DNA of 43,591 nt from the NCBI GenBank assembly GCA_040400045.1, contig JBBAQZ010000018.1:1-43591 (forward strand), written 5' to 3'. The position numbers and the translations under genes are program-made. Below, piece after piece: positions 34,346 to 43,555 of this stretch. Within the stretch, counting starts at the first letter, position 1, and every line of letters starts with the position of its first letter. This DNA comes from Myxococcaceae bacterium (GTDB lineage: Bacteria; Myxococcota; Myxococcia; Myxococcales; Myxococcaceae). The notes under the pieces are model-generated. The model was given only the letters and a program-made list of their open reading frames with translations. It searched no databases and was not told where the DNA came from.

Positions 34346-37180
34346 GTGCGGCTGCAGTGTCCGGAGTGTCTGACGATCGTGACTGTCGACGACGCGACGC
34401 CGGCCGAGCGGCTCCCGACGCATTGTTCCCGGTGCGCGATCAATCGAACGATGCAGGCTGAGGCTGCTCCGGCCCCGCGCCTTCAGGTCGTCACGCGACT
34501 TCGGTGTGCGCGGTGCGAGAACACGTGGGACTGGCCCGCGCAGGAACTCGAGGCGACCGGCGCGAGGGTGCAGTGTGGCCGCTGTCACCTGACGTTCGAG
34601 CCCGGAGCGAGTGACGGAGAACCGTCTGACTCCGCCCCGGACGAGCGCGTCGTCCTCGGAACGCCTCGTGCGTCTGCGCAGACGCTGGTTTTTTCATCCG
34701 AGCCCCCGCCAAGGAAGGTGATGGTCTTCGGGACACCGTCAGAGCCACCCGCAGGGCCATCAAGAACCAATCAAACGATGTTCTTTGGGCCGCCTCCTGC
34801 TGCACCGCCGCCTGCGTCGGATGAGGGAGGACGTCCGTCAGCGACCGGCAGGGGCAACAGGTTCGGCGCAGAGCCGCTACCACCGCGGACGAGGGCCATC
34901 TCTTTCGGGGTCGGTGGGGTGCTCCAACTCGACGCCTCGCGGCGCCCGCGACCAGCCTCAGTGAAGGACCCGCGTGTCGGCGATCGTGGTGACGAGTGGC
35001 GAACCATCGACGCGACCTGTCCCGACTGCCAGGAACGCTACGAAGTGTCGTACTCGGAGGTGCCCGAGGGTGGACGCCTCGTTCAGTGCGGTCGGTGCCG
35101 AAGTGCCTATCGTATCTTCAGGCTCGGCGAGCAGCCTGCCGAGGCACCTCGACAACGCCTCGTTCGCTGTGGCCTGTGTCAGGCCTCGTGGGAACTCACA
35201 GCGCAGGCCATCTCGAGTGACGCCGAGGTGTCGTGCCCGGGGTGTGGCCATCGCTTCCGCCCATCACTCGGCCCACCAACTCCTGCAGTCGAGGCGGCCG
35301 AGAGCTACCGCGGTCATGTCGGACGCGTCACGTTTGGCACGCCACACAACCAGGTGATGGTTTTCGGATCGCCGCAGCCGAGTCTCCCAGGCGCCGAGGG
35401 CCGACGCGACGAGCTGCGCTTCAGGCTGCCACTGCCACCCCCTGCGCCGCGCGACCCGGTGCAGCGCGTTCAATGCGGCAACTGTAAGGCGTCATGGGAT
35501 CGCACGCCCGACGAGCTCGCCGCGGGGTCGTTTTGTCCGGAGTGCCAGCACCCGCTCGGCGGCCACCCGGGTCCTCCGCGGGCAGTCAGGACGGTTCGTC
35601 AGGTTCCCGACCGGAATGAACGTGAGCTGGTGCGATGCGAGGCGTGTGGCACCACGTACCTCGTCGACGCGCACGTCGTTGCCAGGGCCGCCCAGGTGCA
35701 ATGCACCCAGTGTCTGCATGTCTTCGCCGCGCATCGCCCAGGTTCGACGCATCGTCTGCCGCCGAACGTGCCGTCAGAATTCTTCGATGATGAGCCGATC
35801 GCGGAGGCGCCGCCGCCGGCCCCGCCGGGTCCTCCGCCTCCGGCCGCGGGGGAGCCGGGTCTGACGGCGCCTCCGTTTCGTCCTCGCCGGGGGTTCATCG
35901 GCGTCACCGCCGCGCGCGCCGGAAGGCACCTTCAGGACCATGGGCGCCGATTGCCCATCGATGTCTGGCTCGCGCTCGCCGATCGCCTGGTGGCAACGCT
36001 CGACGCGGTGCCCAATCACGCTCCGCAGTTCTGGGCGCGGTGGACCGGCCCACACGCTTTCGGCGTCGACCTCGACGGTGAGTTCGTCGCCTTCGACGAC
36101 TCGCAGCAGCGGACCAGACTTCACGAAGACTGGGTGCACCCGACGTTGCGCGGGTTGGGGGACTACGAGGTTCTTCAGCCGGTGCGGGTGTGGGCGGTCT
36201 GCCGAGCGCTGGTGTGGCTGCTCGACCCCTTCCCGTCCTTGATGGACGCCCCTCACCGTCGCGAGGAGCGCGTGTTCGAGCACCCGCAGTTGCCGCCAGC
36301 TCTTCACGCGGTGCTCGACTCGGGACTCGGGTTGACGGGGCCTGCCGAGCTCCCGGCGCTTCGCGAGGCCATCACGAAGGCGATCGACGTGAAGCCTGCC
36401 TCGAGGGAGCGCGTGAAAGCGGTGATGCTCTCGGTCGGGTGCGAGGTCCCCGAGCCGGACGAGCTGCCGCCAGCGCTGAGGAACGGGGTGCTTCACGTCC
36501 AGCTCGATCAACTGCTCGAGCACGCAGTCCCCATCGCCAGCTTCCCGGCCGACCCGCGCGCGGTGATGTCCAACCCACTGGCGATGCCGCTGCGGCCCAC
36601 GCGCACGCTCGAGCTCACGATGCGCACCGACGGTCGTCTGATTCGGCGGGTCCCGGTCACGGCCGCGCTCGGCTTCCCTGAACGAATCGCGCTCCCGCAT
36701 GGCACCCTGCTCCGCGCAGGCGATCGCGTCCAGCTCGAGGTCTCTCACCCTGAACAGCGGGCGTTCAAGGTCAGCCTCGAGGCGACGGTCGGCGCTGACG
36801 GGTTCGCGACGCCCCTCGTCGACCCGCGGACGAAGGCAGAGCTCGACGTGTTGCAGTCCTCGCTCGACGCCGAAGCGGTCGGGCCAGCGCTGGTGCCCCC
36901 ACGCCCCCAGCCTGATTGGCGCCAGGTCGAGGAGCGCTTCTGGAACCCGGAGCCCCCGGGGCCGGCGCAGCGCATCAGGACGATCGAGACCCGGCTCTGG
37001 CTCCTGTTTCTCGTCCTGGTGGTGTCGTCCGTGTTGTCGATTCCCATCATCCTCGTCGCCGGCGTTCTGGCGTTGCTCGGGGTGGTCACCATGAAGACGC
37101 TCCTGTGGACCAGCGCCATCACCATCGGCGTCCTGGCAGTGCTCCTGGTGTTCAGCTTTGCGAACGAGTCGACCGAATGA
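34346..37180 (+). CDS. Multi-zinc-ribbon membrane protein (944 aa): six MJ0042-type CxxC...CxxC zinc ribbons separated by Pro-rich spacers, a central globular region, and two C-terminal TM helices.
   Basis: Ribbons: CPEC..CSRC; CARC..CGRC; CPDC..CGRC; CGLC..CPGCG; CGNC..CPEC; CEAC..CTQC. Each is followed by VxFGTP / VMVFGSP-like Pro-rich tails. The C-terminus LWLLFLVLVVSSVLSIPIILVAGVLALLGVV plus LLWTSAITIGVLAVLLVF gives two TM helices. It has a GTG start. Confidence 0.65.
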   Translation: MRLQCPECLTIVTVDDATPAERLPTHCSRCAINRTMQAEAAPAPRLQVVTRLRCARCENTWDWPAQELEATGARVQCGRCHLTFEPGASDGEPSDSAPDERVVLGTPRASAQTLVFSSEPPPRKVMVFGTPSEPPAGPSRTNQTMFFGPPPAAPPPASDEGGRPSATGRGNRFGAEPLPPRTRAISFGVGGVLQLDASRRPRPASVKDPRVGDRGDEWRTIDATCPDCQERYEVSYSEVPEGGRLVQCGRCRSAYRIFRLGEQPAEAPRQRLVRCGLCQASWELTAQAISSDAEVSCPGCGHRFRPSLGPPTPAVEAAESYRGHVGRVTFGTPHNQVMVFGSPQPSLPGAEGRRDELRFRLPLPPPAPRDPVQRVQCGNCKASWDRTPDELAAGSFCPECQHPLGGHPGPPRAVRTVRQVPDRNERELVRCEACGTTYLVDAHVVARAAQVQCTQCLHVFAAHRPGSTHRLPPNVPSEFFDDEPIAEAPPPAPPGPPPPAAGEPGLTAPPFRPRRGFIGVTAARAGRHLQDHGRRLPIDVWLALADRLVATLDAVPNHAPQFWARWTGPHAFGVDLDGEFVAFDDSQQRTRLHEDWVHPTLRGLGDYEVLQPVRVWAVCRALVWLLDPFPSLMDAPHRREERVFEHPQLPPALHAVLDSGLGLTGPAELPALREAITKAIDVKPASRERVKAVMLSVGCEVPEPDELPPALRNGVLHVQLDQLLEHAVPIASFPADPRAVMSNPLAMPLRPTRTLELTMRTDGRLIRRVPVTAALGFPERIALPHGTLLRAGDRVQLEVSHPEQRAFKVSLEATVGADGFATPLVDPRTKAELDVLQSSLDAEAVGPALVPPRPQPDWRQVEERFWNPEPPGPAQRIRTIETRLWLLFLVLVVSSVLSIPIILVAGVLALLGVVTMKTLLWTSAITIGVLAVLLVFSFANESTE

Positions 37181-37251
37181 AGCGAGCGACCTCGGTCAGG
37201 TGCTTGAAGAACCCGCTGTGCACCGCGCCGTCGTCCTTCGACGCTCTGGGG

Positions 37252-38217
37252 TCACTTCACCTGCGTCGGAGGCGGAGCTGTTCCGCGATACGCGAGCACG
37301 CCTTCGACCAGCGGGAACGCCGCGACCTGTCCGCCGACGGCCCAGACCCCACCTGAGGGATCGATCCACGCCGCGTGGAGATCGTCGAACACGCCCGGCC
37401 CTTCGTCGGTGACCCAGCCCTTGTCGGTGCGCCTGATGACCGAGCCGTTCGCTCCGACAGCCCAGCCGCCTGTCTCCGACAGACGGACGCCGATCATCTG
37501 CTTCAGCTCGGGTGGCGAGACGTCGACCCAGCCCATGCCTTCGTTCTCGAGCACCACGCCGGTGCCAAAGCCTCCGACGGCCACGAGGCGTGACGCGGTG
37601 CCGTGAAGCGTGAAGAGCGTGCGGTTGGTCGGCGTGGAAATCGTCTCGACGGCCGCTCCGTTCCAATGCAGGCACAGGCCCTTCGAGCCGACGAACCAGA
37701 CGTCGTCCGCCGCACGTCCCCAGACCTTGAAGAGCGAGTTCGTCGTCGCGACGCCAGCCGGGAGCGGCACGTCTCTCCAGCTCGTGCCATCGAAGCGCCA
37801 GGCGAAGGCGTTGGCGTTCCCGTCTCCACCGACGGCCCAGACGTCGGTCGGTGAAGCGCCCCAGAGGCCGAAGACCGTCGCCATCGTCGGCGCGGGCGGC
37901 GGCAGCGCCTCGAAGCTCGACTCCACGCGACGGAGCGTGAGGCCTCGGCTGCCGCCGAAGAAGACGGGGCCCGTCTCGAAGCCGAACACCCACCAGAGAT
38001 CGCCCTTCACGCCGGTGTCGAAGTGCTTCCACTGCGCGCCCTCGAGGTGCAGCACTTCGGGGCCACCGCCCGGGTCGCCGCCGACGGCCCACACGTCGCT
38101 GGGCGAACGTCCCCAGACCGAGATCAACGCTCCCGGCTGGTTCCTGAGCGCGACGGACCAGCGCGCGTCACAGGCGCACAGCAGGAGCAGGAACAGCGGA
38201 ACGACCCGGCGCTTCAT
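37252..38217 (-). CDS. Lipoprotein with a repeated W-A-V-G-G beta-propeller motif (321 aa).
   Basis: Lipobox LFLLLLCAC. The ...DVWAVGG... motif recurs at least six times at ~45-aa spacing, as in Ycf48/BNR-like propellers. Confidence 0.65.
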   Translation of the reverse strand: MKRRVVPLFLLLLCACDARWSVALRNQPGALISVWGRSPSDVWAVGGDPGGGPEVLHLEGAQWKHFDTGVKGDLWWVFGFETGPVFFGGSRGLTLRRVESSFEALPPPAPTMATVFGLWGASPTDVWAVGGDGNANAFAWRFDGTSWRDVPLPAGVATTNSLFKVWGRAADDVWFVGSKGLCLHWNGAAVETISTPTNRTLFTLHGTASRLVAVGGFGTGVVLENEGMGWVDVSPPELKQMIGVRLSETGGWAVGANGSVIRRTDKGWVTDEGPGVFDDLHAAWIDPSGGVWAVGGQVAAFPLVEGVLAYRGTAPPPTQVK

Positions 38218-38326
38218 CTTTGACGACCACCAGACCCGAGCGACCTGAAGTGGTCAATCGTCCTCACGCGCTCGCGCGAGAGGCGTGTGTCCCGGTCCGG
38301 ACCGATGACCCGCACGTGACGTGACG

Positions 38327-39712
38327 TCAGAAGCAGAGCTTGCTGCAGTTCGTCTTGCCGCTGCGCTCGCACGAGAGCCCTGAGAAGGCCTGCTTGAGCA
38401 CTTCCCATTCGGCCTTGACGGGGTCGAGCTTCCACACGTCGTTGACGGTTCCGCAGTCGGAGCGGCCACCGAACATCAGGAAGCCATTTGCTCCGGCGTT
38501 GACGAAGACGTGGCCCTCACGACGCTCGGGAGACATCAGGTCGGCCGTCGTGAAGTTCGAGGGGAAGTCACAGAACCCGTTGCCCGCGGTGAGCAGGGTG
38601 TCGCCGGTGCGCACGCGGTCCCACCGATTGGCGGCGAGGTTGATGGCCCACAGCTCGTTCGTTTCGCCGAGCTGACCGTCGTCATGGCCGCCGAAGACGA
38701 GAATGCGGTTGCGGTCAGGGTCAGCCGCCATCGCGGGCCGAATGCGGCCAAGGGGCTTCGTGCCTGCCAGCGCCAGCGTGGTCCACGCCCGCGTCGAGAG
38801 ATCGAACGCCACGACGTCGGTGAAGAACGGGCCGAGGAAGGCGTTCGCGTCGCCACCCGAGAACGCGACGAGCCGGTTGCGCGGAAGGTCCAGCACCATG
38901 CCGTGGAAGAGCCGCGCAGGAGGGACTCCTGCCGTGGGGACCAGCTCGGTCCATGTGTTGTCGGTGAGGGCCAGCGCGAAGACGCGACCGTTCGGCACGA
39001 AGGTGCCGCCGTCGTTGCTGGTGTTGCCACCGAAGACGATGAAGCGGTCGCCCGTCGGATCGTACACGGCCGTCGCGCTCGAGAGTGGGGGCGGCGGCGC
39101 GCCGAGCGTGGTGAGCGGGCTCCAGAGGTGGGTGCCGTCGGCTTCGAAGCGCAGCGCGTGCGTGTCGTTGTACGTCGTGTACAGGCCCGACGCGCCGGCG
39201 CGGTAACGCCCTCCGAAGACGATCAACCGCCGGCGCTTCGTGTCGAAGGCCGTCGCGTGACGCGAGCGCGGTGACGGGCCCACCTCGGTGGACAAGCGCC
39301 AGGTGTTGCACCCGGGAGAGTAGAACCACGTCTCGTCCGAGAACGCCGGTCGGCCCTGGCAGTTCACCGCGACGCCCGGGTCTCCGCCGAACACGACGAG
39401 TTGGTTCCCGACGGCGTCCCAGGCTCCGCCGAAGTCGCTGCGGCCTGTCGGCGAACTGGTGGACGCTTCACAGTTGCCCGCGTCTGGCACGACGCCCGCG
39501 TCCACGACCGCGCAGGCCCCGCTCGTGCAGCCCGAGACGCAGACCGCGCAGGTGCCGCCCTTCGCGCCGCAGGCGTCGTTCGTGCTGCCGAGCCGACAGA
39601 CGCCGGTCGCGTCGCAGCACCCTTCACACGTCGAAGCGTTGCACGGCGGTTTCGTGCCGCAGCCGCTGAGCACGAGGAGCAGCGTCGCGAGGAGGAGAAA
39701 TGCAGTCTTCAT
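38327..39712 (-). CDS. Kelch-repeat (galactose-oxidase-like beta-propeller) lipoprotein with an N-terminal Cys-rich segment, 461 aa.
   Basis: Lipobox LLLVLSGC, then CNASTCEGCCDATGVC. Repeated Kelch strands follow: LVVFGG, LIVFGGR, FIVFGGN, LVAFSGG, ILVFGGH, and FLMFGGR, each followed by a W/Y. Confidence 0.75.
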   Translation of the reverse strand: MKTAFLLLATLLLVLSGCGTKPPCNASTCEGCCDATGVCRLGSTNDACGAKGGTCAVCVSGCTSGACAVVDAGVVPDAGNCEASTSSPTGRSDFGGAWDAVGNQLVVFGGDPGVAVNCQGRPAFSDETWFYSPGCNTWRLSTEVGPSPRSRHATAFDTKRRRLIVFGGRYRAGASGLYTTYNDTHALRFEADGTHLWSPLTTLGAPPPPLSSATAVYDPTGDRFIVFGGNTSNDGGTFVPNGRVFALALTDNTWTELVPTAGVPPARLFHGMVLDLPRNRLVAFSGGDANAFLGPFFTDVVAFDLSTRAWTTLALAGTKPLGRIRPAMAADPDRNRILVFGGHDDGQLGETNELWAINLAANRWDRVRTGDTLLTAGNGFCDFPSNFTTADLMSPERREGHVFVNAGANGFLMFGGRSDCGTVNDVWKLDPVKAEWEVLKQAFSGLSCERSGKTNCSKLCF

Positions 39713-39725
39713 CGTTGGTCTCTCT

Positions 39726-40226
39726 TCATGGTCCGAAGGGCACGACGGTTCGGGAGTCCGTGGCGGAGCGGCCCGCGCTATCGGTCGCGGTGAGTTCCAT
39801 GGTGACGCGCTTGCCCATGACTTCCGCCGGGTCGGGCACCAAGGCAGTCATGGCGTACCACTCGAAGAACGAGCGGTTCTTCACCATCGTCACGCGGTAG
39901 TCGGTCGACGTCAGGAAAGGCCCATCAGCCAGCCTCACCGTCACGGAGAGGCGAATGAGCTTCGGATCGAGGGGCGCGCGGATGCGGGCGGCGGCCCAGA
40001 GGTGAAAGCCGCCTTGAGGCCCAGCGATGACCCGGGCGCTCTGGCCGTCGCTGAGCCGCTCGAAGCTCTGGGTTCCGGTCCCGAGCTCGAGCAGGGGAAG
40101 CGCACCACCATCTTCGGTCGTCATCGGGCCAGCATCGGCTTCCGGCAGCGTGAGGGTCGGTGGCGTGCAGCCAACCAGCGCCGCCAGAGCCGTCGTGACC
40201 ATGATGCTTCGGAGCCCAGCCTGCAC
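39726..40226 (-). CDS. Small hypothetical lipoprotein (start perhaps the internal Met at 40202).
   Basis: TALAALVGC lipobox, then a 140-aa beta-rich sequence. It lies 13 nt downstream of the Kelch lipoprotein gene on the same strand. Confidence 0.45.
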   Translation of the reverse strand: MQAGLRSIMVTTALAALVGCTPPTLTLPEADAGPMTTEDGGALPLLELGTGTQSFERLSDGQSARVIAGPQGGFHLWAAARIRAPLDPKLIRLSVTVRLADGPFLTSTDYRVTMVKNRSFFEWYAMTALVPDPAEVMGKRVTMELTATDSAGRSATDSRTVVPFGP

Positions 40227-40374
40227 GCTGTGCGCCTATCGCCAGCGGCCACGCAACGCAATCAGAGCCCGGATGCCCCCGGCCTCGCGCACTGCGCTGA
40301 CGCGAGCGTCCACGCCAGACCCGGGCGTCGACGAGCTCCGTGAACCAAGCCCGCTCGTGCTACGTCGCGACGAC

Positions 40375-41550
40375 ATGTTCCTGCCCGTTCTTGCCGCCGT
40401 GCTCGCTCAGGCTCCTGCTGCTGTTCCCGCTCCTGCACCCTCGTCGGAAGCGCTCGACTTCACGAAGCAGGTGAAGGTGCTCTTCCGCGTCGTCGCGTGC
40501 GCCGGTGACGAGCCGATTCCCGCCGCGTTCGACGCGAAGGTCATCGAGGCGCACTGCAAGGAGCTCAAGCGCCGCGCGGACGCGTACAAGAAGACGTGGG
40601 TCGGCGAGGCGATGCCCTTCCTTCAGGCGCTCAAGCCGGCCGGGCTGCCCACGACCGTCGTCTACCCGTTCGGCGGCGGCGACCTCATCTCGGCGCTCAC
40701 CACGTACCCCGACGCCACCGACATCACGACGATGTCGCTCGAGCACGCGGGCGACCCGCGCCGCATCGACACCGTCACCTCGAAGGAACTCGCCCAGTCG
40801 CTCGCGCTCATCCGCTCTACCTCGTCGGGTCTGCTCGTCGCCAACGACTCGAAGACCGAGAACCTCATGAAGGGCCAACGCGGAGAGCTGCCCGGCCAGC
40901 TGTCCTTCTTCCTCATCGGCCTCGCGGTGCACGGCTTCGAGCCGGTCTCGCTCAAGTACGTCAAGCCGAACGCCGACGGCACGCTGCGCTACCTCTCGGC
41001 CGCCGAGCTACAGGCGTCGGAAGAGAAGAGCGCGAAGCTGCTCCACAAGGCGTGGGTGTCGCCCGACTTCTCCGAGGCCTTCGACAACCTCGAGCTCGTC
41101 TTCGTGAAGAAGGGTGAGGACCCGAAGACGAAGGCGCGCGTGCACCGCCACTTCGCGCAGAACCTGGCCGACTCGAACTTCGACCCGGGCATGCAGAAGT
41201 TCCTCGAGGGGAAGGGCCGCATCGTCGCGATGACGAAGGCTGCCAGCTATCTGCTGTGGCGCGACCACTTCTCACTCATCCGCAACTTCCTGCTCGGGCA
41301 CATGGAGTTCATGGTGAGCGACTCGACGGGCATTCCCCCGGTGTTCGCGAAGAAGGCGGGCTTCGAGCAGCAGGCCTACGGCAAGTTCCAGGAGTCGTTC
41401 CTCGGCGCGAACCCGCAGTACAACGCCGACTTCCGCGAGCTCTGGAAGACGGCGAAGGCGCTGCCATTCCGCTACGGCTACCTCGACAAGAACCTCTCGA
41501 AGCACATGCTGGTGACGTTCAAGAAGCCCGTCGAGGCCGCGAAGCCCTGA
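40375..41550 (+). CDS. Hypothetical secreted protein, 391 aa.
   Basis: Internal ATG at 40375 gives the signal peptide MFLPVLAAVLAQAPAAVPAPA. The body is Lys-rich with protein-like composition. The upstream 116 codons of the tracked ORF are antisense junk. Confidence 0.55.
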   Translation: MFLPVLAAVLAQAPAAVPAPAPSSEALDFTKQVKVLFRVVACAGDEPIPAAFDAKVIEAHCKELKRRADAYKKTWVGEAMPFLQALKPAGLPTTVVYPFGGGDLISALTTYPDATDITTMSLEHAGDPRRIDTVTSKELAQSLALIRSTSSGLLVANDSKTENLMKGQRGELPGQLSFFLIGLAVHGFEPVSLKYVKPNADGTLRYLSAAELQASEEKSAKLLHKAWVSPDFSEAFDNLELVFVKKGEDPKTKARVHRHFAQNLADSNFDPGMQKFLEGKGRIVAMTKAASYLLWRDHFSLIRNFLLGHMEFMVSDSTGIPPVFAKKAGFEQQAYGKFQESFLGANPQYNADFRELWKTAKALPFRYGYLDKNLSKHMLVTFKKPVEAAKP

Positions 41551-41551
41551 C

Positions 41552-42334
41552 GTGCTGACCCTCGTCGTCGCCGTCGCGTTGACGCAGACTCCGGAGCCGC
41601 TGTCGCCGGCGATGGCGTCGATTCGCGCGACGACCGAGAGCGAGTTCGCCGACCAGCTCAATGAGGACGGGCGGCACGTTCGCTTCGGCACGAAGGACCA
41701 GGGCGCGGTGCACGTCTGGAAGCCGCGCGCGTACAAGGCCGCCACTGCGGTCACCGTCATCTACCTCCATGGGTTCTTCACCGACGTCGACCGCGCGGTG
41801 CTCGAGCATCAGCTCTTCACGCAGTTCCGTGACTCGGGCCGCAACGCGCTCTTCATCGTGCCTGAGGCGCGCAGCGGGCGGACCGACCCCGTCTTCTGGA
41901 GCGACGTGAAGGCGCTGCTGACCCTCGTGGAGCGGCGCACGCGCATCAAGCCTCCTGAGCGGCTCGTCGTCGTCGGCCACTCCGGTGCGTACAAGACGGT
42001 CGTCGACTGGCTCGAGCACGAGTCGCTGGAGCAGGTGGTGCTCGTCGACGGGCTCTACGGCAACGACGAAGAGTTCCGAGACTGGGTCACCGCGGCGGAA
42101 GAGAAGACCCGCCAGCTCGTGCTCGTCGGCTTCGACACCCAGCAGCGCACCGAGTGGTTCCTCAAGAAGCACCCCGAAGCCGTGAAGCTCGACGACCTGC
42201 CGTACCTCTACGACGAGCTGCCGCAGCGCGTGCGCAAGGCGAAGCTCATCTACTTTCAGTCGGAGCGCTTCGATCACATGGGCATGGTGACGACGGGTCG
42301 TCTGGTGCCGTGGTTGCTCCACGTGTTCCGGTAG
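41552..42334 (+). CDS. Hypothetical protein with an alpha/beta-hydrolase-like core (GHSxG-type motif), 260 aa, GTG start.
   Basis: VIYLHGFFTD (oxyanion-hole-like) and LVVVGHSGAY (nucleophile elbow). It starts 1 nt after the preceding gene's stop. Confidence 0.5.
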   Translation: MLTLVVAVALTQTPEPLSPAMASIRATTESEFADQLNEDGRHVRFGTKDQGAVHVWKPRAYKAATAVTVIYLHGFFTDVDRAVLEHQLFTQFRDSGRNALFIVPEARSGRTDPVFWSDVKALLTLVERRTRIKPPERLVVVGHSGAYKTVVDWLEHESLEQVVLVDGLYGNDEEFRDWVTAAEEKTRQLVLVGFDTQQRTEWFLKKHPEAVKLDDLPYLYDELPQRVRKAKLIYFQSERFDHMGMVTTGRLVPWLLHVFR

Positions 42335-42586
42335 CCGTCAGCGTTGCGTTCAATTGCGGGGCGGGAGCAGCCGAGTTCGAATTGGCCCACGATGGAGAGC
42401 CCGAGCGCGCCGATGGCCACCATCGCGTCGCGGCCTCGAGCAGCGTTGGCCCGGCGTACGCACGAATCGCCGAGAGCACCCTCTCGTGTCTGGCGAGCGG
42501 CTCAGGTCGTCGAGCACCTCGGCGCCTGCGATTGCGTCGATGATTCGTCGGACCGCGCGCATGCCGTGGCGCTCCAGGGTCGGCGT

Positions 42587-43555
42587 TCAGATCGTCAGCA
42601 AGAAGACCGTCAACATCACCGCCACGAAGACCAGCAGCAGGCCGGCCGTGAGGACCAGCTTGTTGAGCGCCTCTTTCTCGTCAGGCGTCTCGGCCCCGTC
42701 GCGCATCAGGTGCAACACGTTCCACAGCATGTTGCCGCCGAGCTTCCCCTCGCGACCCTTGCGTCTTGCCCTGGCCTCTTCTTCTTCCTTCTTCTCCTTG
42801 AGCAGCCGTTCGTGCGCCGCGCTGACCGCGATGGACGTCGCCGCGTTGGGGTTGTGTGGGTCGCGCACGGCCGGGCCATCGAGCACGAACTCCTTCTTCT
42901 TCGCCTTCAGCTCGTCGGTCGACTTTGAATCGAGCAGCGTTCGACCCAGGGCGAGCCCGTCCTGACCGGTGGTGCGGTCGACGAGCTCCTTGAACCCGTT
43001 GTCCGTCAGCGCCTTCTCGAACTGCTTGAGCGCCTTCGCCTGGTCTTCGGGCCGCATGGCGGTGACGGGCGTGTTCGGAACGTGGGCGTCGGGGTGGGCA
43101 AGCTCGACGAAGCGCTCGGCGTAGGCCGCGAAGAACTCCATCAACCGTTCGGCGTTCTCGGCTTTGGGGAGCCGTTCGTCGACGAGCTGCTGCTTCATCA
43201 GGAGCAGGTCCGAGCCGAAGCGCTGGCCGAGGCTCCTGGGGTCGAGCGACTTCGGGTTGGGAAGGAGCGCCTTCACGTCCCGGACGGGCGTCGCGCCACC
43301 ACCGAGCGCGTCACGTAGCGAGGCGCCGAGGCCTTCTTTGAAGACGTCCGTCAGCTCGGGGTTGGCGAGCAGCTGTTTGACTTCGGTGACCTCGTTTGGC
43401 CTCAGCGAGCCAGCCTGCGCGGTCTCCAGCAGCGACGTCGCGGCCACGCGGGCCTGGGGCCCACCGGAACGAACGGTCCTGAGAAGGTCTTTCACCGCCA
43501 TCGCGCCAGCAGTTTGACGCAGAGTCGGGGCACGACGAAGGGGCATACGCGCCAC
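42587..43555 (-). CDS. Hypothetical protein with a single C-terminal TM helix (tail-anchored type). Start may be the internal Met MAVKDLL.
   Basis: The C-terminal LVLTAGLLLVFVAVMLTVFLLTI hydrophobic anchor is preceded by a Lys/Glu-rich helix. The rest is a coherent helical sequence. No domain recognised. Confidence 0.5.
   Translation of the reverse strand: MARMPLRRAPTLRQTAGAMAVKDLLRTVRSGGPQARVAATSLLETAQAGSLRPNEVTEVKQLLANPELTDVFKEGLGASLRDALGGGATPVRDVKALLPNPKSLDPRSLGQRFGSDLLLMKQQLVDERLPKAENAERLMEFFAAYAERFVELAHPDAHVPNTPVTAMRPEDQAKALKQFEKALTDNGFKELVDRTTGQDGLALGRTLLDSKSTDELKAKKKEFVLDGPAVRDPHNPNAATSIAVSAAHERLLKEKKEEEEARARRKGREGKLGGNMLWNVLHLMRDGAETPDEKEALNKLVLTAGLLLVFVAVMLTVFLLTI

Noticed and set aside
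33362-36748. Minus-strand ORFs 33362..34588 (408 aa) and 35774..36748 (324 aa)
   Set aside because: They lie antisense to the lipoprotein gene and the multi-zinc-ribbon gene. The composition is Arg/Leu/Pro-rich junk, typical of GC3-biased antisense frames.
42335-42586. 252-nt spacer with a small minus ORF 42350..42562 (70 aa)
   Set aside because: The translation is Arg-rich and unconvincing. It is more likely a non-coding promoter or terminator region between convergent genes.
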